64,000 nt of DNA from Bryobacterales bacterium (GTDB taxonomy: Bacteria > Acidobacteriota > Terriglobia > Bryobacterales > Bryobacteraceae), in contig JBBPYD010000153.1 of the NCBI GenBank assembly GCA_038200305.1, positions 17,018-81,017 of the forward strand. Reading direction: 5' to 3'. Numbering within the stretch: position 1 is the stretch's first letter; each line of letters begins with the position of its first letter. Both the position numbers and the translations under genes were made by a program. The notes under the pieces are model-generated. The model was not told where the DNA came from. It saw only the letters and a list, made by a program, of their open reading frames with translations, and did not search any database. This document shows, piece by piece, positions 45,938 through 53,942 of this stretch.

Positions 45938-48300
45938 GCCAACACTTCCTTCGGCGCGTTGCTCGCGCGCCAGTCGGCCGCGACAATCAGCGCTTCCAAA
46001 TAAGCCAGCCGGAACACGCCGAGCCGGTCTTGCAGTTCCAGCATCCGGTCCGTCCACGATTCCACATCGTTTTCCGCCATCCCGAACAACATCGGCGCCA
46101 GATCGAGAGTCATGGCCGTAGTCGAAATACTACCGAGCTTGGCGGCCGGCAACAGATCTCCATCGTAAATGCCCCGCGCAAATTTGATGCTGCCTGGCTT
46201 CGGTTGCATCTCGCCGGGCCACGCGCGAATCGATAGCCGCACCTTTCCGTGATGCGCCGCCGCAAGATACACCGTCAGGTCCGATGCGCCATTCTGCAAC
46301 AACGCCAATGCGCTCGCCAGTTCGTGCCGGAAGTAGGGGCGCCCGTGCTTCCCGTTGCCGGTCGCCTTAGCCATCAACTCCCCAGCGCCACTGGGGTTTA
46401 CCGTCTTTTGGAAAACCTCATGCGCCTTGCCCCAATCATGATGAAGCGCCGCAATCAGTAGCTCTTCCCGGTATTGGCCAATCCTTAAATTCGGAAGCGC
46501 ATTGATAATTTCACGCATCTTCTCATGCACCTCACGGGTGTGCGCTTCCAGCGTCTGCGCATATTTCTGGAAGGTACGAGGCTCGTCGCCGGCGCCTTCT
46601 TCTTTTCCATGAGTTACAAGAGCCTCGGGAACCGGCTTCGTGGAATCCGTATCCCATCCGCGCGAAATACTGTATCCTCCCGATTTGGCGTTGGCGACCA
46701 GCATCATTCCCGGTCGAAGGGCATCCGCATCCACGGCCCTCCACTTGCTTTCCAGCGCGTTCCAGGAACAGATCTCGAACCGGTTGCGGCCTTTTTTGAC
46801 GCCCTTGAGCAGCGCCTCCACTTCGTGAATCGGCGCCGGACATAACTCATCCCGCCCCGGCGCGTCCTTTTTCGTAACAGGCGGATAGGCTTCGCGCCAC
46901 GCAATCAGCACATCGCGATCCTGTTCACTGCGAATGAACCGGGAGACGTCCAGATCGTACCCGGAAAGATCCTGCGTGGTGTCGAAGAGGTCGAGAAGAT
47001 CCCTTCGGCGAAGCACATGCTTTGGCGAGAATTCCGTCTGATGGTTTGGCAGGTCCGCAATTGTTGCCGAGGCCATTTGCGAGACTCTCGATTCAGCTTC
47101 CTGCAACTCTTCCACGGCGTAGGGCAGCGCGATTTCCTCTGTGATCTCGCCGGTTGCCGCCAATTTGAGTTTTCCAAACAACGGGCGATCCACCCAATAA
47201 ATTTCCGCATCGTCCAACTCCCCGGCGCGATTGCAGCGGCCGAAGCGCTGCACCAGACTAGACCACGGCGCCAGATCGGTAACCAGCAGCGCGGAGGAGA
47301 TATCGACGCCGGCTTCAATCACCTGCGTGGAGATCAAAATGCGCCCTTCCAACGGAACGGGACCATCCAGCAGACCCCGCCACCGCTCTTTTTCCGCAGG
47401 CCGGAAGCGCGAGTGGAGCAACTCGCATGGCTGATCCGGCGCGATCCGGCGCAACTCATCGAAGGTCTCGCGGGCCCGGCCCACCCGATTCACCACGGCA
47501 ATCGTTTGCGTTCCCGACCGATGATGGGCCGCGAGGAATTCCGCGAGGCCGGCGGGCCGGCAGCACTCCTCCGGCGCTTTCGCGACCTTCTTCGGCGCGT
47601 TCAATCGCCGCCTGAGGTCTTCGCGAGAGGAATCCTCCGCTGTCAACCGGAACATTTCGGGCGCGTGTATTTGGTCGACGCTCTTCAGCATCGCGGCGTC
47701 CATCGTGGCCGACATCCAAATGGTCGGGCAACTGCCGAAAACACCAAATCGCTCGCGAAAAGCCGCGAGCTGGCACGACGTCGCGAGGCCGTCGCCCATC
47801 AGTTGGACCTCATCCATGATCCAGGCGCAATCGTTCGACAGCATCCCAAAATGAGCGGGCCACTGATACCTGCTCATCCCATATCCCCGGTTGAGTCCTC
47901 TGCTCAGCAGCATTTCCTGCGTGCCGATCAGGATAGCGGGGTGCTCCGGTTGAATAGCCCAATCCTGGTTCACCTCGCCGCCCATCAGAATATGCACACT
48001 GACTTTTATGCCTGTGAGAAGCGCAAACCGTTCCACCCACTTGCGAACGTTCGTCCCGGTTTGCCTCACCAGCGTTCGCATGGGCAAACAATAGGCGAGC
48101 CTGCGCGAAGTCTCGTCAGGTCTCGTAGACAGATTCCAAAGCCAGGCAAGCACCACGGCCGCGGTTTTTCCGGCCCCGGTGGGGACATGAATGGCCCTGC
48201 TCTCCACCGGCTTACCCGCCAGGTCCACTTGGTACTTGTAAGGCCGCAAGCCAACGCACTCGTAAAAAAAGTCGCTGAATTCGGTTATTTTTTCTGACAC
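45934..48300 (-). CDS. cas3: CRISPR-associated helicase/nuclease Cas3 with C-terminal HD domain (type I-G/I-U architecture)
   Basis: 788 aa. N-terminal SF2 helicase: motif I VPTGAGKT, motif II MDEVQL, motif III MSAT, motif VI QRFGRCNRAG. C-terminal HD nuclease: LEAHTREVH, AALHHDWGKAHEVFQ, FRHELASALAL, AAAHHGKVR. Confidence 0.9.
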   Translation of the reverse strand: MSEKITEFSDFFYECVGLRPYKYQVDLAGKPVESRAIHVPTGAGKTAAVVLAWLWNLSTRPDETSRRLAYCLPMRTLVRQTGTNVRKWVERFALLTGIKVSVHILMGGEVNQDWAIQPEHPAILIGTQEMLLSRGLNRGYGMSRYQWPAHFGMLSNDCAWIMDEVQLMGDGLATSCQLAAFRERFGVFGSCPTIWMSATMDAAMLKSVDQIHAPEMFRLTAEDSSREDLRRRLNAPKKVAKAPEECCRPAGLAEFLAAHHRSGTQTIAVVNRVGRARETFDELRRIAPDQPCELLHSRFRPAEKERWRGLLDGPVPLEGRILISTQVIEAGVDISSALLVTDLAPWSSLVQRFGRCNRAGELDDAEIYWVDRPLFGKLKLAATGEITEEIALPYAVEELQEAESRVSQMASATIADLPNHQTEFSPKHVLRRRDLLDLFDTTQDLSGYDLDVSRFIRSEQDRDVLIAWREAYPPVTKKDAPGRDELCPAPIHEVEALLKGVKKGRNRFEICSWNALESKWRAVDADALRPGMMLVANAKSGGYSISRGWDTDSTKPVPEALVTHGKEEGAGDEPRTFQKYAQTLEAHTREVHEKMREIINALPNLRIGQYREELLIAALHHDWGKAHEVFQKTVNPSGAGELMAKATGNGKHGRPYFRHELASALALLQNGASDLTVYLAAAHHGKVRLSIRAWPGEMQPKPGSIKFARGIYDGDLLPAAKLGSISTTAMTLDLAPMLFGMAENDVESWTDRMLELQDRLGVFRLAYLEALIVAADWRASNAPKEVLA

Positions 48301-48361
48301 GTGTTCGCCTATTCTTTACTACCGCGAGCAAAAATACAAGTGATGAAAATGCAAATAAGTA

Positions 48362-48595
48362 CTATAGTGGTCTGGGCGCCCGTTTACTCTCCATGGGTGG
48401 ACCAGGAGTCTCACCCAACCCCCTCCGGCAACTCCCGCAACTCCACCAGCGCCGCATAACGGCATCTTTCGCGTCCCCAAACGGCGCAATGGCGCGTAAA
48501 ATGGCCGCTCGGACACGACCCCACTCCTCCTCCGACCGCTCCGCCTTCGTCATCACCGCGGCAATTTCCGGAAACACATTCCTCCGCACCCGCAT
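48362..48595 (-). CDS. hypothetical small protein immediately upstream of cas3 (speculative)
   Basis: Part of ORF 48362-48757. Only the distal 63-77 aa look protein-like (MRVRRNVFPEIAAVMTKAERSEEEWGRVRAAILRAIAPFGDAKDAVMRRWWSCGSC...). I recognise no family and see no clear RBS. Confidence 0.2.
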   Translation of the reverse strand: MRVRRNVFPEIAAVMTKAERSEEEWGRVRAAILRAIAPFGDAKDAVMRRWWSCGSCRRGLGETPGPPMESKRAPRPL

Positions 48596-48829
48596 CACAA
48601 TTCTGAAATTCACAGTCCGCCCCCCACATCCCGAAATTAACGCTCCTCCTATCTCGTCAAAAACTTGAAAATAATCAAAACCAAGCAAACAAACCAAATA
48701 GATAGCCAAAGATTTCGTGACCCGAAACCGAATCACAACTTTTTTCAACAATCGCACTTACAGCCCAACAACTTACCAGCACCCCGCCCGGCAACCCCCA
48801 CCGCCGTACCCTGGACCCAGGAAAACCAC

Positions 48830-49497
48830 ATGACCTTAAAACAACGACGTACCCAGGCACGCCAAAACGGCGCGAAAGCCGCCGGCACAAAATCCCCCGC
48901 CGGTCTCCAGAAATCTTCCATGAACTCCACCCGTCACGGCCTCACCGCCAAGACCTTGGTCCTTTCCAACGAATCCCCCGAAGCATTCGCCGAGCTCCTC
49001 GAATACCACATCGCCAAATTCCTCCCGCAAGACGAAGTCGAACAGGACCTCATCGACGAAATGGTCGCCTCCCTCTGGCGCCTCCGCCGTATGCGGACGC
49101 TCTAAACCGCGCTCTTTGATCTCCAGATGGACCGCCAGGAACAGGAGTCGCCAAATCCTTCACCCAGATCGACGAACCCACCCGCGTCGCCGTCGCCTTC
49201 GACCACATGGCCAACAACTCCAAGTCCCTCGCCCTCTACCTGCGCTACGAAACCACCTTCCGCCGCAGCTATGACCGCGCCTTGAACAACCTCCTCCGCC
49301 GCCGCTCCAAGCCAAAGGAATCAGCGCCATCCGAGCCGCACGAACCCCAAGAACCGAATTTACGAAACGACCCCAAACCGCTGCCCACAGAATCCCCGAT
49401 CCTCGTCTTCCCGATCGGTGCATCCGGTCCCGCCCCAACCTCCCAACCCCCCGTAACCGCCAAAGGTCACCCGAATGCCGATGCCCGGCCTTTATAA
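48830..49497 (+). pseudogene. conserved-looking hypothetical gene with an in-frame TAA (49103-49105) and a frameshift (about 49150-49165)
   Basis: MTLKQRRTQARQNGAKAAGTKSPAG...SNESPEAFAELLEYHIAKFLPQDEVEQDLIDEMVASLWRLRRMRTL*TALFDLQMDRQEQE is followed in another frame by KSFTQIDEPTRVAVAFDHMANNSKSLALYLRYETTFRRSYDRALNNLLRRR... The two parts read as one helical protein. Family unknown. Confidence 0.55.
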
Positions 49498-49505
49498 TGA
49501 GGAAT

Positions 49506-50993
49506 ATGTCCACCCTCGCTGCCATGCCATCGCCCCAGGTCTTGGCCAAATACGAGATCGTCATCGGCCTTGAGGTCCACGTGCAGCTAGGCACCCGCAC
49601 CAAAATTTACTGCGGTTGCCCCACCAGCTTCGGCGCGCCGCCCAACACCAACGTCTGCCCCGTTTGCCTCGGCCTTCCCGGTGCCCTGCCCGTCCTCAGT
49701 AAGCCCGCCGTCGAAATGGCCATCAAAGCCGCCATTGCGCTCAATTGCCAAGTCCGCCCCCTCTCGCGCCTCGCCCGCAAGAATTATTTCTATCCGGACC
49801 TCCCCAAGGGCTATCAGATCTCCCAATTCGATCAGCCCCTCGCCGAACACGGTTTCGTGGACATCAATGTGGCCGCCGCCATCGATGGCGTCCCGAAACG
49901 CATCGGCGTCACCAGGGTTCACATGGAAGACGATGCCGGCAAGAGCATTCACGACGGATTCAAAGACTCGGATCGCTACTCCTACGTCGATCTCAACCGC
50001 TCCGGCACCCCTCTCATCGAAATCGTCAGTGAGCCGGATATCCGCAGTGCCGGCGAAGCCTACGCCTATCTCACGGAGATCAAGCAGATGATGCAGTTCA
50101 TCGGTGTCTCCGATTGCGACATGGAGAAAGGCCAGCTCCGCTGCGACGCCAACATCTCTGTCCGTATCAAAGGCGCTCCAAAATTTGGAACCAAGGTCGA
50201 GGTGAAGAATCTCAACTCGTTCCGTCACGTCAAACTGGGCATCGAATATGAAACGCTCCGCCAGATCTCCATCGTCGAAAGCGGTGGCAAGGTCTTTCAG
50301 GAATCGCGCCTGTACAACGCCGATCTCGGCGAAACCGTCAGTATGCGCGGCAAGGAACAGGCGCACGATTATCGCTATTTCCCCGAACCCGACCTAGTTC
50401 CGCTCCGCATCGGCGAGGAATGGCTCCATCGCCTGCGAGCTGAAATACCCGAACTGCCCGCAACCATGAAGGCCCGGTTCGTCGAATCCTACGGTCTCCG
50501 CGAATACGACGCGCAGGTCCTCACCCTCACGCGTTCCTCCAGCGAATATTTCGAGCGCGCCGTCAAAGCATCTGGCGATCCGCGCGCTACGTCGAACTGG
50601 GTGACGGGTGACCTCATGGCCGCGCTCAAATCCGAAGGCAAAGACTTCTCCGAATCGCCCATCGCTCCGGAGAACCTCGGCGAGCTCGTTGCCTTGATCG
50701 GAAAGGGCGAGATCACAGGAAAGCTCGCGAAAGAGATCTTCTCGAAAATGCTTTCCACCGGCGACCCCGCCCCCCTCATCATGGAACGCGAAGGGCTGAA
50801 GCAGATCGGCGATACCGGCGCTCTCAGCAAAATTCTTGACGAAGTGCTCGCCGCAAACATCAAACAGGTGGAACAATATAAGAGCGGCAAGACGGCGGTG
50901 ATCGGCTTTCTTGTCGGCCAGGCCATGAAGGCGTCTCGCGGTCAGGCTAACCCGGCCACCATCAATGAGATGCTCAAGGCGAGGTTGCAATAA
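49506..50993 (+). CDS. gatB: Asp-tRNA(Asn)/Glu-tRNA(Gln) amidotransferase subunit B
   Basis: YEIVIGLEVHVQL, CPVCLGLPGALPV, RKNYFYPDLPKGYQISQ, and the C-terminal GatB/YqeY domain. Start is ATG 49506 or 49497. Confidence 0.95.
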   Translation: MSTLAAMPSPQVLAKYEIVIGLEVHVQLGTRTKIYCGCPTSFGAPPNTNVCPVCLGLPGALPVLSKPAVEMAIKAAIALNCQVRPLSRLARKNYFYPDLPKGYQISQFDQPLAEHGFVDINVAAAIDGVPKRIGVTRVHMEDDAGKSIHDGFKDSDRYSYVDLNRSGTPLIEIVSEPDIRSAGEAYAYLTEIKQMMQFIGVSDCDMEKGQLRCDANISVRIKGAPKFGTKVEVKNLNSFRHVKLGIEYETLRQISIVESGGKVFQESRLYNADLGETVSMRGKEQAHDYRYFPEPDLVPLRIGEEWLHRLRAEIPELPATMKARFVESYGLREYDAQVLTLTRSSSEYFERAVKASGDPRATSNWVTGDLMAALKSEGKDFSESPIAPENLGELVALIGKGEITGKLAKEIFSKMLSTGDPAPLIMEREGLKQIGDTGALSKILDEVLAANIKQVEQYKSGKTAVIGFLVGQAMKASRGQANPATINEMLKARLQ

Positions 50994-51014
50994 TAACCAT
51001 ATGGAAGGTCCCGC

Positions 51015-52259
51015 ATGGCGGCGGAAAACTGGCTCTTCTGCACCGAACTCATGGGCCTCCCGGTCTACGACACCCGTGGCCGTAAGATCGGTCGCGTCCG
51101 CGACGCCGCGCTGGTTCCACTCGTCGATCCCGCTCGCATCGATCGATTCCTGGTCGGCGGCGGTTGGGCCTGGCTGAGTTTTCGTTACGATCAGGTTCGT
51201 TCCATTTCGCTCAAAGGAATCTACCTCAAAGATGAGCAGCTCACGCCGTATCACGCTGACGAGTACATGCTCCGCATGGTGCGCGACCTACTCGATCAAC
51301 AGATCATCGACGCCCAGGGCCGCAAAGTAGTCCGTGTCACCGATGTGACGTTCGGTATTCGCGCCGAAAGGCAAGGCGATGTCCTCTATGTCGTCGAGGT
51401 GGATATCGGTCTCCGCAGCATCTTCCGCCGCCTCGTCCATGGCGTCGTGCCGCCCTCCATCATACGCCGCATCCAGGGGCCCATCCCTCCCAATTCCATC
51501 GGTTGGGAGTACTGCAACATCGTTGAGCCCGATCCGCAACGCCGCCTGCGCCTCAACATCAGCAACCGGGCGCTCGAAAAAATGCATCCGGCCGACCTCG
51601 CCGACATCGTGGAAGATCTCAGCCCCGACGACCGCGAAGCCCTTATTGAAACCATGGATACCGAGGTCGCCGCCGACGCACTCTCTGAAATGGACCCGGA
51701 TGTCCAGGCCAGCATCCTGGAATCCCTCGAGACCGAAAAAGCGGCGGAGATCATTGAAGAGATGTCTCCCGATGAAGCCGCCAACGCGCTCGGTGAGCTT
51801 GAGGAAGAGACCTCGCAAGAGATCCTGGATGAGATGACGGCCGAATCGAAGACCGAAGTCAGCGAGCTGATCGAGTACAAAGAGAACACCGCTGGCGCAA
51901 TGATGAACACGGAGTTCGTGGCCCTTCGTGAGACCTCCAGTGTTCTCGAAGCCATGGATTCCTTGAAGGCGAATGAAGAGCTTCTCGAATCGCTCAACAC
52001 TCTGTTCCTGGTGGATGACCAGGATCGCCTCTGCGGCGCCGTCCCGCTGGCCAAGCTGTTCATCGTGCCCGGCTCGGCTCACTTGAAAGACCTTGCCTCC
52101 GGAACGCTCATCAAGGTGCCGGTCGATGAGAGGGAAGATCGCATCACCGAGCTCTTCGATAAATACAACATCCTGACTCTTCCCGTCGTTGACAGAGAGA
52201 ACCGCCTGGAAGGGGTGATCACGGCCGACGATATCATCACGGTCCTCAGGCAGAGATAG
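51015..52259 (+). CDS. soluble PRC-barrel + MgtE N-terminal domain + CBS-pair protein (MgtE cytosolic sensor module without the membrane domain)
   Basis: 414 aa. Two PRC-barrel-like segments (GLPVYDTRGRKIGRVRDA; IIDAQGRKVVRVTDV). Acidic helical MgtE_N region (DLSPDDREALIETMD...AEIIEEMSPDEAANAL). Two CBS motifs ending VVDRENRLEGVITADDIITVL. No TM segments. Confidence 0.8.
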   Translation: MAAENWLFCTELMGLPVYDTRGRKIGRVRDAALVPLVDPARIDRFLVGGGWAWLSFRYDQVRSISLKGIYLKDEQLTPYHADEYMLRMVRDLLDQQIIDAQGRKVVRVTDVTFGIRAERQGDVLYVVEVDIGLRSIFRRLVHGVVPPSIIRRIQGPIPPNSIGWEYCNIVEPDPQRRLRLNISNRALEKMHPADLADIVEDLSPDDREALIETMDTEVAADALSEMDPDVQASILESLETEKAAEIIEEMSPDEAANALGELEEETSQEILDEMTAESKTEVSELIEYKENTAGAMMNTEFVALRETSSVLEAMDSLKANEELLESLNTLFLVDDQDRLCGAVPLAKLFIVPGSAHLKDLASGTLIKVPVDEREDRITELFDKYNILTLPVVDRENRLEGVITADDIITVLRQR

Positions 52260-52266
52260 AGATCCG

Positions 52267-53508
52267 ATGCTGAAACGCTTCCGCTATCACATCGCAATCT
52301 TCTTCTCCGTCATCGGCCCGGGCTTCATTACCGCGGTCGTAGACAACGATGCCGGTGGCATCTTCACCTACTCGCAGGCGGGTGCGAAGTTCGGCTACCT
52401 CCCGCTCTGGACTCTGCTCCCCATCACCTTACTGCTTATCGTCACGCAGGAGATGTGCTCCCGGATGGGCGCGGTCACCGGCAAAGGTCTGTCTGACCTG
52501 ATCAGAGAAGAGTTCGGCCTTCGGACCACGTTCTTCATGATGGCCGCGCTGATCTTGGCGAATCTGACCAACGTGATGGCGAACTTTGCCGGCGTCGCCA
52601 GTTCGCTCGGCCTTTTCGGCATCAGTAAGTACATCTCCGTTCCACTCGCCGCTGCGGGGGTTTGGCTCCTGATCGTAAAAGGCACCTATCAGAGCATCGA
52701 GAAGATTTTCCTCTTCGCCTGTTCGTTGTACATCTGTTACATCGTCTCCGGCATCCTTGTGAAACCCGATTGGCGCGAAGCCGCCATTTACAGCGTGAAA
52801 CCGGTGCTCATCTTCGACAAGGAGTACATCGGGATGCTGATCGCCATGGTCGGCACCTCCATCGCTCCATGGATGCAGTTCTATCTCCAGGCCGCCATTG
52901 TTGAGAAGGGGATCGGGCCCAAGGAGTACAAAGAATCGCGAATCGAGGTGGTCGTCGGCTGTATCGTGATGTCGGTGATTGCGTTCTTCATCATCGTGGC
53001 GTGCGCCGGCGCTATCTGGGCTAACAAACCACAGGACATCACCGATGCGGCTGATGCCGCGAAGGCCCTGAAACCCTTCGGCAACTACGCCTTTCTTCTG
53101 TTCTGCGCCGGGCTCCTCAACGCCTCGATATTCGCGGCCTGTATCCAACCGCTCTCCACCGCCTACACCGTGTGTGAGGGCTTGGGTTTTGAATCCGGCG
53201 TCAATCGCACCTTCAGGGAAGCTCCCATCTTTTACTGGCTGTTTACCTTCCTGGTGGTTTTCGGAGCCGGTGTCATCCTGCTGCCAGGTTTCCCGCTCAT
53301 TAAGATGATTCTGTTCTCGCAGGTAATCAACGGCGTTTTGCTTCCTTTCGTTCTGATCTACATGATCCTGATCGTCAACAAGAAGGCGCTGATGAAGGAA
53401 TGGACCAACTCCCCAAGCTACAATCTGATCGCCTGGAGTGCGGTTGCGGTAATGATCGGGCTTACCACGGCACTGGTTGGAATTAGCATAAAGGATTTGA
53501 TCCGATGA
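52267..53508 (+). CDS. NRAMP/SLC11-related transporter with a non-canonical (NRMT-like) metal site
   Basis: 413 aa, multi-pass. The TM1 motif GPGFITAVVDNDAGG (D-A-G-G at 52348-52359) replaces the canonical DPGN. The TM6 motif GTSIAPW (52852-52872) replaces the canonical A-x-x-M-P-H. Confidence 0.8.
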   Translation: MLKRFRYHIAIFFSVIGPGFITAVVDNDAGGIFTYSQAGAKFGYLPLWTLLPITLLLIVTQEMCSRMGAVTGKGLSDLIREEFGLRTTFFMMAALILANLTNVMANFAGVASSLGLFGISKYISVPLAAAGVWLLIVKGTYQSIEKIFLFACSLYICYIVSGILVKPDWREAAIYSVKPVLIFDKEYIGMLIAMVGTSIAPWMQFYLQAAIVEKGIGPKEYKESRIEVVVGCIVMSVIAFFIIVACAGAIWANKPQDITDAADAAKALKPFGNYAFLLFCAGLLNASIFAACIQPLSTAYTVCEGLGFESGVNRTFREAPIFYWLFTFLVVFGAGVILLPGFPLIKMILFSQVINGVLLPFVLIYMILIVNKKALMKEWTNSPSYNLIAWSAVAVMIGLTTALVGISIKDLIR

Positions 53509-53915
53509 AAATAAACCAAATGACACGCGGACTATGCTGGGTTTTTCTTCTCATGGCTCTCACCGCATTCGCGCAGAAGGGCAAGCAGCCGAAGCCGCCT
53601 GAAGTCGAACTGATAGAAGCCAGCGCCCGCCGGCAGGAAGGTAATATCATGATCGACGCAAGGGTGAAGAATATTAGTGAGAAGCCCATCAAGGCTCTGG
53701 TCCTGTTGATCGACTTTATTGCTTCCGACCACAAACAGGTGATCACCACTAAGCGCGGCAGCCTCGACCAGGAGATGCTGGACCCAGGCGAGGAAGCCGG
53801 ATTTCGTGCTCAAATTGAGGATCCCTCCCGCGCCACCGAGTTTCGTATCAACTTTGAAGATGGCGGCGGCAAGTATCTTCGGGCCGAGAAGACCGGACCT
53901 TTTCCGGTCGAGTGA
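53505..53915 (+). CDS. small secreted hypothetical protein
   Basis: 136 aa. Signal peptide LCWVFLLMALTAFAQ. 4-nt overlap with the transporter stop. Confidence 0.6.
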   Translation: MKINQMTRGLCWVFLLMALTAFAQKGKQPKPPEVELIEASARRQEGNIMIDARVKNISEKPIKALVLLIDFIASDHKQVITTKRGSLDQEMLDPGEEAGFRAQIEDPSRATEFRINFEDGGGKYLRAEKTGPFPVE

Positions 53916-53942
53916 AAGCCGCTTGATAGAATAACGGTTTCC

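Noticed and set aside
40634-49500. The cas block as a mobile genomic island.
   Set aside because: I found no integrase, transposase, tRNA target or flanking direct repeats by eye. The flanks hold pseudogenes, which fits deletion and decay better than a definable mobile element.
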